Positions 1-9,069 of a stretch of DNA of 16,765 bases are shown in pieces (the first letter of the stretch is position 1; each line of letters begins with the position of its first letter). The DNA is from Octopus sinensis (Eukaryota). Below the pieces are notes generated by a model. That model was not told the DNA's origin and did no database searches. It saw nothing but the letters and a program-made list of their open reading frames with translations. Position numbers and translations under genes: made by a program. The stretch is from positions 1-16,765 of the forward strand of contig NW_021825053.1 in the NCBI RefSeq assembly GCF_006345805.1, in the 5' to 3' direction.

Positions 1-283
1 CACTCTTTCTTATGATGTACAGAAGCATACACACACAAAAGCACACATACACATACAACTGAACACAAGCACACACATGCATACACACCCTCACACATAC
101 TTACATGCATACAATAATACACATTTACATCTGCATATATATACTCACACATACACATGCACTTATACACACACACTCACACACATATGTACATACATAC
201 AATAATGTATATACATATATATGCACACATGTACACACACACAACACACACACACACACACACATGCCCACACATGCACACAC
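1..283. repeat. Degenerate (CA)n/(TA)n low-complexity tract
   Basis: Mixed CA/TA/CATA units; source of the His/Thr-rich and Cys/Val-rich pseudo-ORFs. Confidence 0.9.
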
Positions 284-647
284 AGCTCTGTGTCTTATTT
301 GGCAGCAATCCACAGGTAATCTTTCTGTGACTTTATCACCTACCTCTATTTTTAAGCCTGGGGAAAGGAGTCGTGGGGTGGATTAGTGTGAGTTCCTCAT
401 CTCAAGTTATTATCTTTAAGAGATTCCCTTATCTCTTTTATTTATATTTCCACCCACCATCTTCCACCATCTTGTTATCTGCCATTTCAACCACCCTTGA
501 CTCCCTGTATCATGTCTCTTATTTAGATTTTGCCACCCCCTACCCCCACCCCACGCCACTCAACCACCTACCTACCCACTTTCCCACTGCCATGACAGTT
601 CTTTGAGAAATAGTTTGTTTGAAGTTTTTGTTGTTTTGGGGATGAAG

Positions 648-775
648 ATGGTAATAGTGATGCTGGTGGTGGTGGTGGTAATAGTAGTAATTGTAGTTGT
701 GGTAATGGTGTTGATGATGATGATGATGATGTGGAGGAGGAGGAGGAGGAGGAGGAGAAGGTTGGTTAGGTGGGG
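648..775. repeat. Compound trinucleotide microsatellite (GGT/GTA, GAT, GGA)
   Basis: Consecutive GGT, GAT and GGA runs visible. Confidence 0.9.
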
Positions 776-1197
776 TTGATTGGTAGTAGACCTCATGTGT
801 ATTCTTAGTACTCTTACTGCCTACAAAGTTGTTCAACAAGAAAGCAATGCTGACCGAACGCCACTCTTCTCTTCCACCCAACTCCATCAACTCATAACCG
901 TTTTCAACGACCCCACTGCTAATTTACTTCATCTTTCATCTACCCAACCACCCTATCAAACCACACTACACATCATTCACCTACCCAATCACTCTCCGGC
1001 TATCTCCCATCCGCTACCAGCCCATCCCCTTCCATCCTTATCCAGCCATCCAGCTGATAGGGATAGCAAACAGGATTTCTGGAATGAAATTTGATTGGAG
1101 TAGAGCCAAGTTGATTAGTAACAGAAACCCTATTTATCCATCTCTCCCCTCCACCCATCAACCAGTTCTTGAATGAGTGGCACCCCATTTCCTCATG

Positions 1198-1521
1198 GTG
1201 AATCAAGCTAAACAGTGAATTAAACTAAACAGGGAATCATGCTAAATAGTGACACAAGCTAAACAGTGAATCAAGAAAAATAATGAATCAAGCTAAGCAG
1301 TGAATCAAAGTAAACAGTGAATAAAACTAAATAGTGAATCAAGCTAAACAGGGGATCAAGCTAAATAGTGTATCAAGTTAAGCAGTGAATCAAGACAAAT
1401 GGTGGTTCAAGACAGATGGTGAATCAAGTTACATAGTCACTGAAGTTAAACATCGAATCAGTTTAAACAGTGGATCAAATTATAAATGGGTAATCAAGCT
1501 AAACAGTGAATCAAGTTAAAC
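1198..1521 (+). repeat. 17-bp minisatellite, 19 diverged copies, consensus GTGAATCAAGCTAAACA
   Basis: Units start at 1198, 1215, 1232 ... 1470 (19-nt unit), 1489, 1506; there are no spacers. Confidence 0.95.
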
Positions 1522-1682
1522 TTCTGCACTCTTTGAACTATATTTGTTTTCCTTATCACAAGCACCAGCACTATCCTCACTACTACCACTACTGCTGCTG
1601 CCACTGATTACAAATCAGAAAGTGAAAAGTTAGAAGAGAAGCACAAAAGAAAGAAGCATTTCTGGATTAAAAGACATCCATG

Positions 1683-1725
1683 ACCCACCACCACCACCAC
1701 CACCACCACCACCACCACCACCACC

Positions 1726-1780
<55 letters not shown>

Positions 1781-1801
1781 GCAGCAGCAGCAGCAACAAC
1801 A
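1683..1801. repeat. Compound (CAC)n(CAA)n(CAG)n microsatellite
   Basis: Pure runs; produce the polyH/polyQ pseudo-ORF 1680..2009. Confidence 0.95.
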
Positions 1802-2161
1802 GTGGAGGCGCAATGGCCCAATGGTTAGGGCAGTGGACTCACGGTCGGAGGATCGCGGTTTCGATTACCAGATTGGGCGTTGTGTGTGTTTATTGAGTGA
1901 AAACGCCTACAGCAGGAGGTGGTGGCGACCCCTGTTGTACACTTTAGCTCCAACTTTCTCTCACTCTTTCTTCCTGTTTCTTGTCCCCAATTTCCTATGC
2001 AACTGCTGAGCCTAGATGCGCATTCATCCATCTGTCGATGCTCTCGGTGTCGGGGGTTGACCTGCTCTCTCTTCTGCGAGTCTTATGAATAGCAAAGGAC
2101 CACGTTTTGGACTTCTCCCATCTTGCGAGCTCTAGGACGAAGACCATTCGCTCAACAGCAA
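1802..2161 (+). mobile_element. tRNA-derived SINE with CAA/CAG tail and probable 14-bp TSD
   Basis: Head GGCGCAATGGCCCAATGGTTAGGGCAG...GGTTTCGATT has pol III A and B boxes. CAGCAGCAACAACA flanks both sides (1788-1801, 2162-2175). Its central part matches 11990-12035 on the minus strand. Confidence 0.8.
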
Positions 2162-2439
2162 CAGCAGCAACAACAACACTACCACTGTCATCACTTAAAC
2201 TACCACCACCATTATCATCGAAATTTTAATTTTCTTTTTGTTTTTTAGTCAGTAAGTGTTATTTCCTAATTGCTTCCATCTAAAAATCATAGGAAATAAC
2301 TTATTCAGTCTCCCCTTCAAACTTTGCTTTTATGAACTGGACATCAATGTTTTAAAACTGATCTATTTTCCATTACATTTTGCACAGATTCAGCGCTGAG
2401 TTGCTGAAGCAGAAATATTGTTATCGCAAATATTCTGCT

Positions 2440-2582
2440 CAATGCCACAGATTTGCTTAACCTTAGCTACTTGAGCATATTTCTTACTGGCTGACAATAT
2501 GTGCCTGTCTGACCATAAGCAGGAGTAGTGGGGGAACACCATAGCCACATGTCGAGAGGGATTCTTTTGGGTTTGAATAAAT
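2440..2582. mobile_element. Fragment of an interspersed repeat (family unassigned)
   Basis: Resembles a common Octopus repeat from memory (..ggctgacaatatgtgc..agtagtggggga..catagcc..gagagggattctt..gtttgaataa). There is no second copy in the window. Confidence 0.35.
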
Positions 2583-3140
2583 GTAGCAAAAAGAAATAAT
2601 AGTTTTTACCCAAGGGCAAAAATTGTGCTACAAAATGTTATTCAATTTTATTTCTTTTGCTTTAAGAGAGCAGGAGGATTTTTTAGCTAGCTGCCATTTC
2701 TAGCAAATAAACTGACCACATTATCACAACCTCTATATAAGGTGCAGTATGGCAATCGGGCATGTGGTATTTTTTGCATCCTCTTATGCTTCTAGCAAAA
2801 TAGAAGAGAATTATCACTGATGTGCACCAATGCAACACTCTATTATTAGATGCTACTCACAAGACTAAAAACAAGAATGGAGGAATTAATTCTGAGTTTT
2901 TGGTCTGGCTTCAGGCCAAGCACAAATACCATTGAGAAAATACTGTCACCAAGAACATGCATCAATGCCTTCTGTTCTAGAAAATGAATTCTTGTGGTAA
3001 CTTTTTGTCTTTCCTGAGGCATTTCATTGTGTAAACAACAGAGCAGTTATTCAAAACATTTGAAGTTTCTATAATGTGTCACATTTGATCATTAACATTA
3101 TTATGTATTTAGACACCAACAGCTCTGTGCATCTTTCATC

Positions 3141-3297
3141 TTTCTTTTATTTGTTTTAGTCATTAGACTGTGGCCACGCTGGGGCACTGCCTAGAAGTGT
3201 TAAGTCAAACAGATCATTACCAGTACATTTTTTTTTTTAAAGTTTGGTTTTAATTTTATTGGTTTCTTTTTGCCAAACCACTAAGTTACAGGAACAA
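3141..3297 (-). mobile_element. 3' part of the major SINE family, reverse orientation
   Basis: Reverse complement aligns with 3650-3820 (e.g. gtgccccagcgtggccacagtctaatgact vs gtgctccagcatggccacagtcagatggct). Confidence 0.85.
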
Positions 3298-3298
3298 T

Positions 3299-3570
3299 GC
3301 AGGGCATGGCTGTGTGGTAAGAAGCTTGCTTCCAAATGACCTGGTTCTGGGTTAAGTCCTACTTCTCAACACTTTGGGGCAAGTGTCTTCTACTATAGCC
3401 TTGTGCTGACCAAAGCCTTGTGAGTGGATTTGGTAGATGGAAACTGAAAGAAGCCCATAGTATATGTGTGTGAGCGGATTTGGTAGATGGAAGCTGAAAG
3501 CTGCCCATAGTACATATATATATATATATATATATAATATATATATATATGTGTGTGTGTGTGCGTATGT

Positions 3571-3610
<40 letters not shown>

Positions 3611-3820
3611 CTATGTGCGTGTTTCTACCACCACTTGACAGAGTGTTGATGTGTTTAGTTCCCTGTAACTTAGCAGTTCAGCAAAATAAACTGATAGAAT
3701 AAGGACTAAGTTTTAAAAAAATTAAGACTTGGAGTCGATTTGTTTAACTAAAACCCTTCAAGGTGGTGCTCCAGCATGGCCACAGTCAGATGGCTGAAAC
3801 AAATAAAAGAATTAAAGAAT
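3299..3820 (+). mobile_element. Full-length major tRNA-derived SINE with internal (TA)n(TG)n microsatellite
   Basis: A box TGGCTGTGTGG, B-box-like GGGTTAAGTCC, core ttgggcaagtgtcttctactatagcc, gtgagtggatttggtaga block, internal microsatellite, AAAGAAT tail; many paralogs in this window. Confidence 0.9.
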
Positions 3821-3906
3821 AAAACCAACACTGTTTGTCAAGCATAGAAAAGTCAGTTCACTGTGTAACCATGTTTAGGTTGTTTCTTGTTTGACAGACC
3901 AAGGAA

Positions 3907-4270
3907 TCTCTCTATATATAAACGGCAAAATGTCTGTGTGTGTGTCCTTTATACAAATCCACAATTATTTAGTTAGAGAGCTCGCACTTTGTATGGTCAT
4001 TCAAAACCGTCCAAGGGTGGTCGTGCACATCTTTACATTTTCCCAGTCACCCCGCAAAGCCATTAAAAAAATCAATAGAAGTGAATTTTTTGTGAATTTT
4101 CTATCCAAAACCCAATCAAAATGCCTGAAACTTGATACGCCAATTGAATGCCAGCTAGCTGTATGTGATTGGTCAGAGATTTGGACAGTACTCGCGTGTA
4201 TGTGTGCACACATGCAGCTGTATTTGCATGTACTAGCACTTGACCCAGCGTTGCAGGGTCATAGTGCTAG
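3907..4270 (+). mobile_element. Non-autonomous Helitron (364 bp)
   Basis: A|TC 5' end (TCTCTCTATATATAAACGGC), subterminal hairpin TGACCC-agcgttgca-GGGTCA, 3' CTAG|T, no TSD. Confidence 0.85.
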
Positions 4271-4389
4271 TTATTTATTATCTTGCTTGGAATTGGTGAC
4301 AGTTGTTGACAGGAAGGGACACCAGATTGTAGAAAATCTATTTGTGGTACACAAATCAGTGATGTAAAATAAACAAACTTGAGATCAAT

Positions 4390-4418
4390 TCAAATATACA
4401 TAGGACTTGTTTGACCAC
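4390..4418 (-). CDS. Candidate terminal coding exon (GGQTSPMYI*)
   Basis: Acceptor aatgaccttttttacAG, phase-compatible with 4521..4583 via a 102-nt intron; AATAAA at 4279-4274. No homology recognised. Confidence 0.25.
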
Positions 4419-4520
4419 CTGTAAAAAAGGTCATTTTCACTGCAGTTTGCTATGGATGAGAAACATTCACGCTTTAGGCCAATTACCTCAAAATATATTT
4501 ATCTATGCTGCTGACATTAC

Positions 4521-4583
4521 CTCTTTGATTTGATAGGAAGAGAATCATTGATTCTTCGAATTCAAAAACTTTATTGAATCTAT
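4521..4583 (-). CDS. Candidate internal exon, 63 nt, phase 1-1 (xRFNKVFEFEESMILFLSNQR)
   Basis: Acceptor ttgttttctccatatAG, donor GAG|gtaatg, length a multiple of 3, only one frame open. No homology recognised. Confidence 0.3.
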
Positions 4584-4653
4584 CTATATGGAGAAAACAA
4601 TTATAAATATAATGAGTATAAGACAAATATGATAAAATAAATTAATTGCTTAC

Positions 4654-5152
4654 CTTGGATCGTAGTGTGACCTGCTGTGCTTGAGGAGTTAAGTACATCA
4701 ATATCAAAATAGATATCAAATGGAAACTGTAACTATGATACCAGTGCAAGCAGCACGTAAAAAGCACCATCCAAACGTGGCCGATGCCAGTGCCGCCTTG
4801 ACTGGCTTCTGTGCCGGTGGCACATGACCTGCTGTGCTTGAGGAGACCTATTGAGTCAAGTACATCAACATCAAAATAAATACCAAATGGAAATTGTAGT
4901 TGTGATCCCTGTGCCGGTGGCACATAAAATGCACCATCCAAACGTGACCGATGCCAGCCTCCCCTGGCACGTAAAAATCACCCACTACACTCATGGAGTG
5001 GTTGGCGTTAGGAAGGGCATCCAGCAGTAAAAACACTGCCAGATCAGATTGGAACCTGGTGCAGCCTCCTGGCTTCCCAAACCCCGGTCAAACCATCCAA
5101 CCCGTGCTAGCACGGAAAGCAGACCTTAAACGATGATGATGATGATGATGAT
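4654..5152 (+). mobile_element. RTE-type LINE 3' region or RTE-mobilised SINE with about 157-bp internal tandem duplication and (GAT)n tail
   Basis: gacctgctgtgcttgaggag at 4669 and 4826; tail ggttggcgttaggaagggcatccagc...aaaccatccaaccc...(GAT)n shared with 9280-9421 and 10910-11056. Confidence 0.8.
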
Positions 5153-5307
5153 TATAAAACAAAAGGGTTTTCCTAGAAACCTTTTCACTTCAGGTTTTGG
5201 AGAAATGACGTTTTATTTTTGTTACAAATACATCAAAATTGGGGCCTTTTGGTGCCAGAGCAATTTGGATCCAATCAATTACCCTGCTTTGTTTTTATGT
5301 TCATCAG

Positions 5308-5331
5308 AACGGAAAATCCTTGTTTGCAAAG
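5308..5331 (+). CDS. Candidate 24-nt microexon (ERKILVCKG or NGKSLFAK)
   Basis: ctgctttgtttttatgttcatcAG | 24 nt | AAG|gtaagt; near-consensus sites, all frames open. Confidence 0.3.
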
Positions 5332-5349
5332 GTAAGTTGTTGCAAAAAG

Positions 5350-5520
5350 CAGCTGGCAGAAATGTTAGCACACCTGGCGAAATACTGAGCGGTATTTTGT
5401 CTGTTGTTACGTTGTGAGTTCAAATTCTGCCAAGGTCGACTTTGCCTTTCATCCTCTCGAGGTCGATAAATTAAGTACAAGTTGCGCACTGAGGTCGATG
5501 TAATCGACTTAATCCCTTTG
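5350..5520 (+). mobile_element. tRNA-derived SINE with MESC/Meta-like central core
   Basis: Head gctggcagaaatgttagcac..., B box gagttcaaattc, core gactttgcctttcatcctctcgaggtcgataaattaagtac. Core assignment is from memory. Confidence 0.7.
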
Positions 5521-5570
5521 TCTACTTTCCAAACCAAAATTTCTATTGAAATGGTTTTAAAGCCTGGTAG

Positions 5571-5622
<52 letters not shown>

Positions 5623-5712
5623 AGAAAGAAAGAGAGAGAGATAGAAAGAGAGAAAGAAAGAGAGAGAGAGAGGGGGAGAGAGAGAGAGAGAGAGAGAGAT
5701 TAGTCAAACAAT
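5520..5712 (+). repeat. Cassette copy 1: 49-bp unique flank + (GA)n + GATTAGTCAAACAAT
   Basis: Direct repeat of 6163..6357; left flank 45/49 identical. Confidence 0.9.
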
Positions 5713-5729
5713 TGCCTCCTCATGCTGAA

Positions 5730-5897
5730 AGAAAAATTTTAGTTGCAAAAAGAAATATTTTTTTATATAACACTTTTAACACAAGAAATACACTTTTTAG
5801 ATATACGCTTTCACTTATGTCTAAAAAGTCCTCATAAACCACAAGAATTTCATTTTTACCCCACTTGGGGTAATTAACCCCTGTTTGCTGACCCCTG
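5730..5897 (-). mobile_element. hAT (Charlie-like) transposon end fragment
   Basis: Minus strand starts CAGGGGTCAGCAAAC followed by ggggttaattaccccaagtggggtaaaa, a typical hAT terminal/subterminal pattern. The other end was not found. Confidence 0.55.
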
Positions 5898-5903
5898 CTA
5901 TAG

Positions 5904-5953
5904 GTGAAAGATGTAAACACCAGAATCGGTTCAGAATGCCCCTCTGTGGATGG
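5904..5953 (+). CDS. Candidate 50-nt exon (GERCKHQNRFRMPLCGW or VKDVNTRIGSECPSVDG)
   Basis: ctgacccctgctatAG acceptor and TGG|gtaagt donor, phase-compatible with 5308..5331. The acceptor context lies in the hAT end. Confidence 0.25.
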
Positions 5954-6162
5954 GTAAGTATCTGTTTTGAGCTTTTTAATGCTCTTTTCTGTACTGCCTC
6001 AAGGAATTCCTTCTGATCCATACAAGTGGAAAGGTGGATGTTACAAAAAAAGAGGATGATGATGACGATGATGATGATGATGAGACATTTTTTCTTTTTT
6101 ATGAAGACCAGAACTGGTATGGATTGGATTGCACAGTATTCAGTCAATGATAGAAATTACAA

Positions 6163-6357
<195 letters not shown>

Positions 6358-6651
6358 AAAACAGGTGATATTACTCTCTTGTATGATTTGCACCTGGAGT
6401 TCATTTTCCCCAAATAAATAAATAATGAATGGTTAATTACAGGAGAGCAGCAAATTTTCCTGGCTGAAAGCATATTCCGTAACCGAAAACTAAATGCTTT
6501 GATTGGACAGGCTTTGAGAACTGTAAAAATGCCACCAGTGATTTTTTGGTTTATTTATCCATTTATCTTAAGAATCATGGAAATAGTGTTGGAGGAACTT
6601 GGCTAAATACACGGATTTCCCAAGTTAATGAGGTTCTGGCCAGTTGCGATA

Positions 6652-6794
6652 TTAAGATTTAACGAAGCTGGTGATCCAGTCGGAAATGGTGAAAAGTAGA
6701 TTGGTCAGTGTTTTGGTCAATGTTGAGCTCAGAACATCTCTTGTGTCTGACTTGTAACTGTTGTAGGTAAACACACGATGCTCCATGGCTTCAC
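6652..6794 (-). CDS. Candidate exon ending in stop (GEAMEHRVFTYNSYKSDTRDVLSSTLTKTLTNLLFTISDWITSFVKS*)
   Basis: Strong acceptor gctcttttcttttcAG and 46 open codons; no convincing donor and no homology recognised. Confidence 0.2.
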
Positions 6795-6989
6795 CTGAAA
6801 AGAAAAGAGCGCTAAGACACCACAGACCAAATGGTACAAGTCAGACATACGACCCTCTCCCTGGGGCTGAGTAATAGCCATTTCAAAACCATTCGTCTTC
6901 TCTGCCCCACCCTCTACAAGGTGAATTTGAAAGACTGAATAGAAAAGAGCAGCAAAGGTGGATGCGAGCCAACAGAGCTATGAACAGAG

Positions 6990-7140
6990 ACAGTCTAGTC
7001 ATGACCATCAAGTCATTTTTCTTGATAAACAGTCAATAGTCCTTCTACAAGAACTACATTATCCAATGTGTCCTTCTCGTTTCTTTTCAAGAAAGCTGAG
7101 TGTGATCCACTGCTACTATTTCTAGTAAGGTCGAATGACC
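6990..7140 (-). mobile_element. Interspersed repeat fragment (family unassigned)
   Basis: Minus strand ggtcattcgaccttactagaaatag...ggacacattggataatgtagt resembles a common Octopus repeat from memory. Confidence 0.4.
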
Positions 7141-7333
7141 AAGAAGAAACATCTACAATAAATCTGCTTCACAGACTTTGTGATCATCTGCAGCCATGGT
7201 GGCAGCAATAAATTCCCTGCCCACTTCATCCTCTTCCTTTATTTCTTCTTCTTTCCTTTCCTCTCCGATTCCTTCTCCTCCTCTTCTTTCTCTTCTATCT
7301 GAAATCTTCCATTTTCCAGTCATTATTTCTAAG

Positions 7334-7438
7334 ATGTCTGTTCTGAGAAAAGAATGTGTTGTCTATATTTCTGCCACACACCGAAACATATAGCACTAGT
7401 TGGCACCTGTTCTTGGAGTAATGTAACATATGGAATTG
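7334..7438 (+). CDS. Candidate Cys-rich 105-nt exon, phase 1-1 (DVCSEKRMCCLYFCHTPKHIALVGTCSWSNVTYGIG)
   Basis: Long CT-rich tract upstream (about 7220-7330), TTG|gtaagt donor, open frame; but it uses the second AG after the tract. Confidence 0.2.
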
Positions 7439-7599
7439 GTAAGTAGTTTGCAGTAATAATACATGTGCAGTCTTGTGGCTGCAACTGATAATTGGTAATT
7501 AGTGCATTAGCTTGAATACTCGTATGAGTGTGTGCATGCATTCAGGTGTATACGTTATTAAGTATGCATGTAGTTACAAATGACTGTGTTTGCATCTGT

Positions 7600-7609
7600 A
7601 TCTATTTAC

Positions 7610-7686
<77 letters not shown>

Positions 7687-7935
7687 CCTCTATCTATCCC
7701 TCTATCTATCTATCTATATCTATCTATCTATCTATCTATCCCTCTATCTATCTATCTACTTATCTATCTATCGATCTGTCTGTCTGTCTATCTGTCTTCT
7801 GTCTGTCTATCTGTCTGTTTGTCTATCTGTCTGTCTATCTGGCTGTCTGTCTACCAACCTACCTATCTATCTGTCTGTCTGCCTGACTGCCTGCCTGCCC
7901 ATCTGTCTGTCTATCTGCCTGTCTGTCTAAATCTC
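7600..7935. repeat. (TCTA)n/(TCTG)n tetranucleotide array
   Basis: Visible; generates the LSIY pseudo-ORFs. Confidence 0.95.
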
Positions 7936-8019
7936 TCTCTCTATATATATATTTATACATATGTGTGTGTGTGTATGTGTGTATGTCTGTGTGTGTGTGT
8001 GTGTGTGTGTGTTTCTTTT

Positions 8020-8195
8020 AGCATTTACTTATTTCAACCTTTAGGCCAGCCATTCTGCCTCGAAGAGCTTAGTCAAACAAGTTGGCCCCTGTTCTATTTT
8101 TTTAGCCTAGTTCTTATTTGGTTGGTCTCTTCTGTCCAACCATTAACTTATGAGGACATAAACAAACTGACACCAGTTGTCAAATAGTGGATAGA

Positions 8196-8226
<31 letters not shown>

Positions 8227-8387
8227 TGCATGTGTGCACACACACACACAATAGGCTTCTTTCAGATTTGTCTACCAAATCCACTCACAAAGATTTGGTT
8301 GGCCTGAGGTTATAGTAGAAGACACTTTACCAAAGGTGCCACACAATGGAACTAAACCCAAGACCACAATGGTTGGGAAGCAAGATA
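8020..8387 (-). mobile_element. Major SINE, reverse orientation, head interrupted by mariner
   Basis: tctaccaaatccactcacaa...tatagtagaagacact...ggttgggaagcaag is the reverse complement of the 3299 SINE head and core; it stops at TA 8386-8387. Confidence 0.85.
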
Positions 8388-9055
8388 CACACGGTCTGAT
8401 CAATAAGTATCCGGACTGTTACCATAGTGACAAAGCTAAAAAGTGAAGCTGCTTGGCAAAGATTGACCTTGAGCTCTGCTATACATGCACACTAAGTTTT
8501 AAGATTCTAGCTCACTTCCGCTGTTTACAGCAGTACTTGGAAGGAAGGTGTGTAGCGTGTGATTGTTGCATTGACCATGATAGAGAAAGTTGTCATGGTG
8601 ATACCTGCTCAGGGGCTTATACAAAGTTGCAGAAAGTGTATGGGGAGTGGTGCATGAGCTGTGCACAAGTGTATGAGTTGTTCAGATGTTTCCAAGATGG
8701 TGGCAAAAATGTTGATAGTGACGATCGTTCTGGTAGACCTCCAACCAGTAGAACTGAGAAAAACATCGCAGATGTGAGAGGAAATCATCAAATCACCATA
8801 TGTGAGTTATCAGAGGATGTGCAGATTATTTACTGTTCAGTTCAGTCCATTATCACTGAAGATTTGGGTGTGAGATGCATGTCTGCCAAGTTTGTGGCAA
8901 AACTGCTTTCAACTGACCAAAAAGACACTCCGGTTTCAGTTGCACAAGATTTTCTTGATTGTGTCGAGAACGATGAAAACGTTTTGAAAACTTGGCATTA
9001 GCCTCTGAGCAGGTATCACCAAGAGTTTGGCAAAATTTGATGCAGATTCGATGCT
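8388..9055 (+). mobile_element. Internally deleted, 3'-truncated mariner (Tc1/mariner) element
   Basis: TA followed by TIR-like cacggtctgatcaataagtatccggact and a transposase N-terminus. The right TIR is absent. Confidence 0.9.
8577..9001 (+). pseudogene. Mariner transposase, DNA-binding half only
   Basis: AYTKLQKVYG..MSCAQVYELFRCFQDG..VDSDDRSGRPPTS..ITICELSEDV..SVQSIITEDLG..SAKFVAKLL..QK: two HTH domains, GRP linker and WVPxxL-equivalent motif. It ends just before the first catalytic Asp. The native ATG (8577) is out of frame after a deletion. Confidence 0.9.
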
Positions 9056-9069
9056 GGTGGGGTTGGGAC

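Noticed and set aside
533-556. G-quadruplex on minus strand
   Set aside because: Only three long G runs; unremarkable in this low-complexity context.
1198-1521. CRISPR array
   Set aside because: Head-to-tail units with no unique spacers, no cas genes, eukaryotic context.
1802-1880. tRNA genes here and at 3299, 5350, 10433 and 16600
   Set aside because: A and B boxes are present but cloverleaves are broken and continue into SINE bodies.
1680-2009. PolyH/polyQ protein
   Set aside because: Pure microsatellite read through into a SINE.
2915-2996. Plus-strand exon QAQIPLRKYCHQEHASMPSVLENEFL
   Set aside because: Its only open frame creates a stop when joined to either downstream candidate exon; donor is mediocre.
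3891-4367. 158-aa ORF
   Set aside because: Runs through a non-autonomous Helitron and has no RepHel or other recognisable motif.
4669-4960. Retrozyme (tandem monomers with hammerheads)
   Set aside because: No CUGANGA...GAAA core found on either strand of the 157-bp units.
5821-6147. CR1/L2 reverse transcriptase relic (EYC...LEAVQKRALK on minus strand)
   Set aside because: Only two short motif resemblances, spaced too far apart even without the microsatellite; TBLASTN against LINE ORF2 would decide.
6443-6606. Open frame GEQQIFLAESIFRNRK...EELG*
   Set aside because: Weak acceptor, no donor, no recognisable homology.
6560-6710. AP-endonuclease-like PIYFSPFPTGSPASLNL on minus strand
   Set aside because: No SDH motif and no supporting upstream motifs.
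7528-8187. 219-aa and overlapping LSIY-repeat ORFs
   Set aside because: Translation of the (TCTA)n array.
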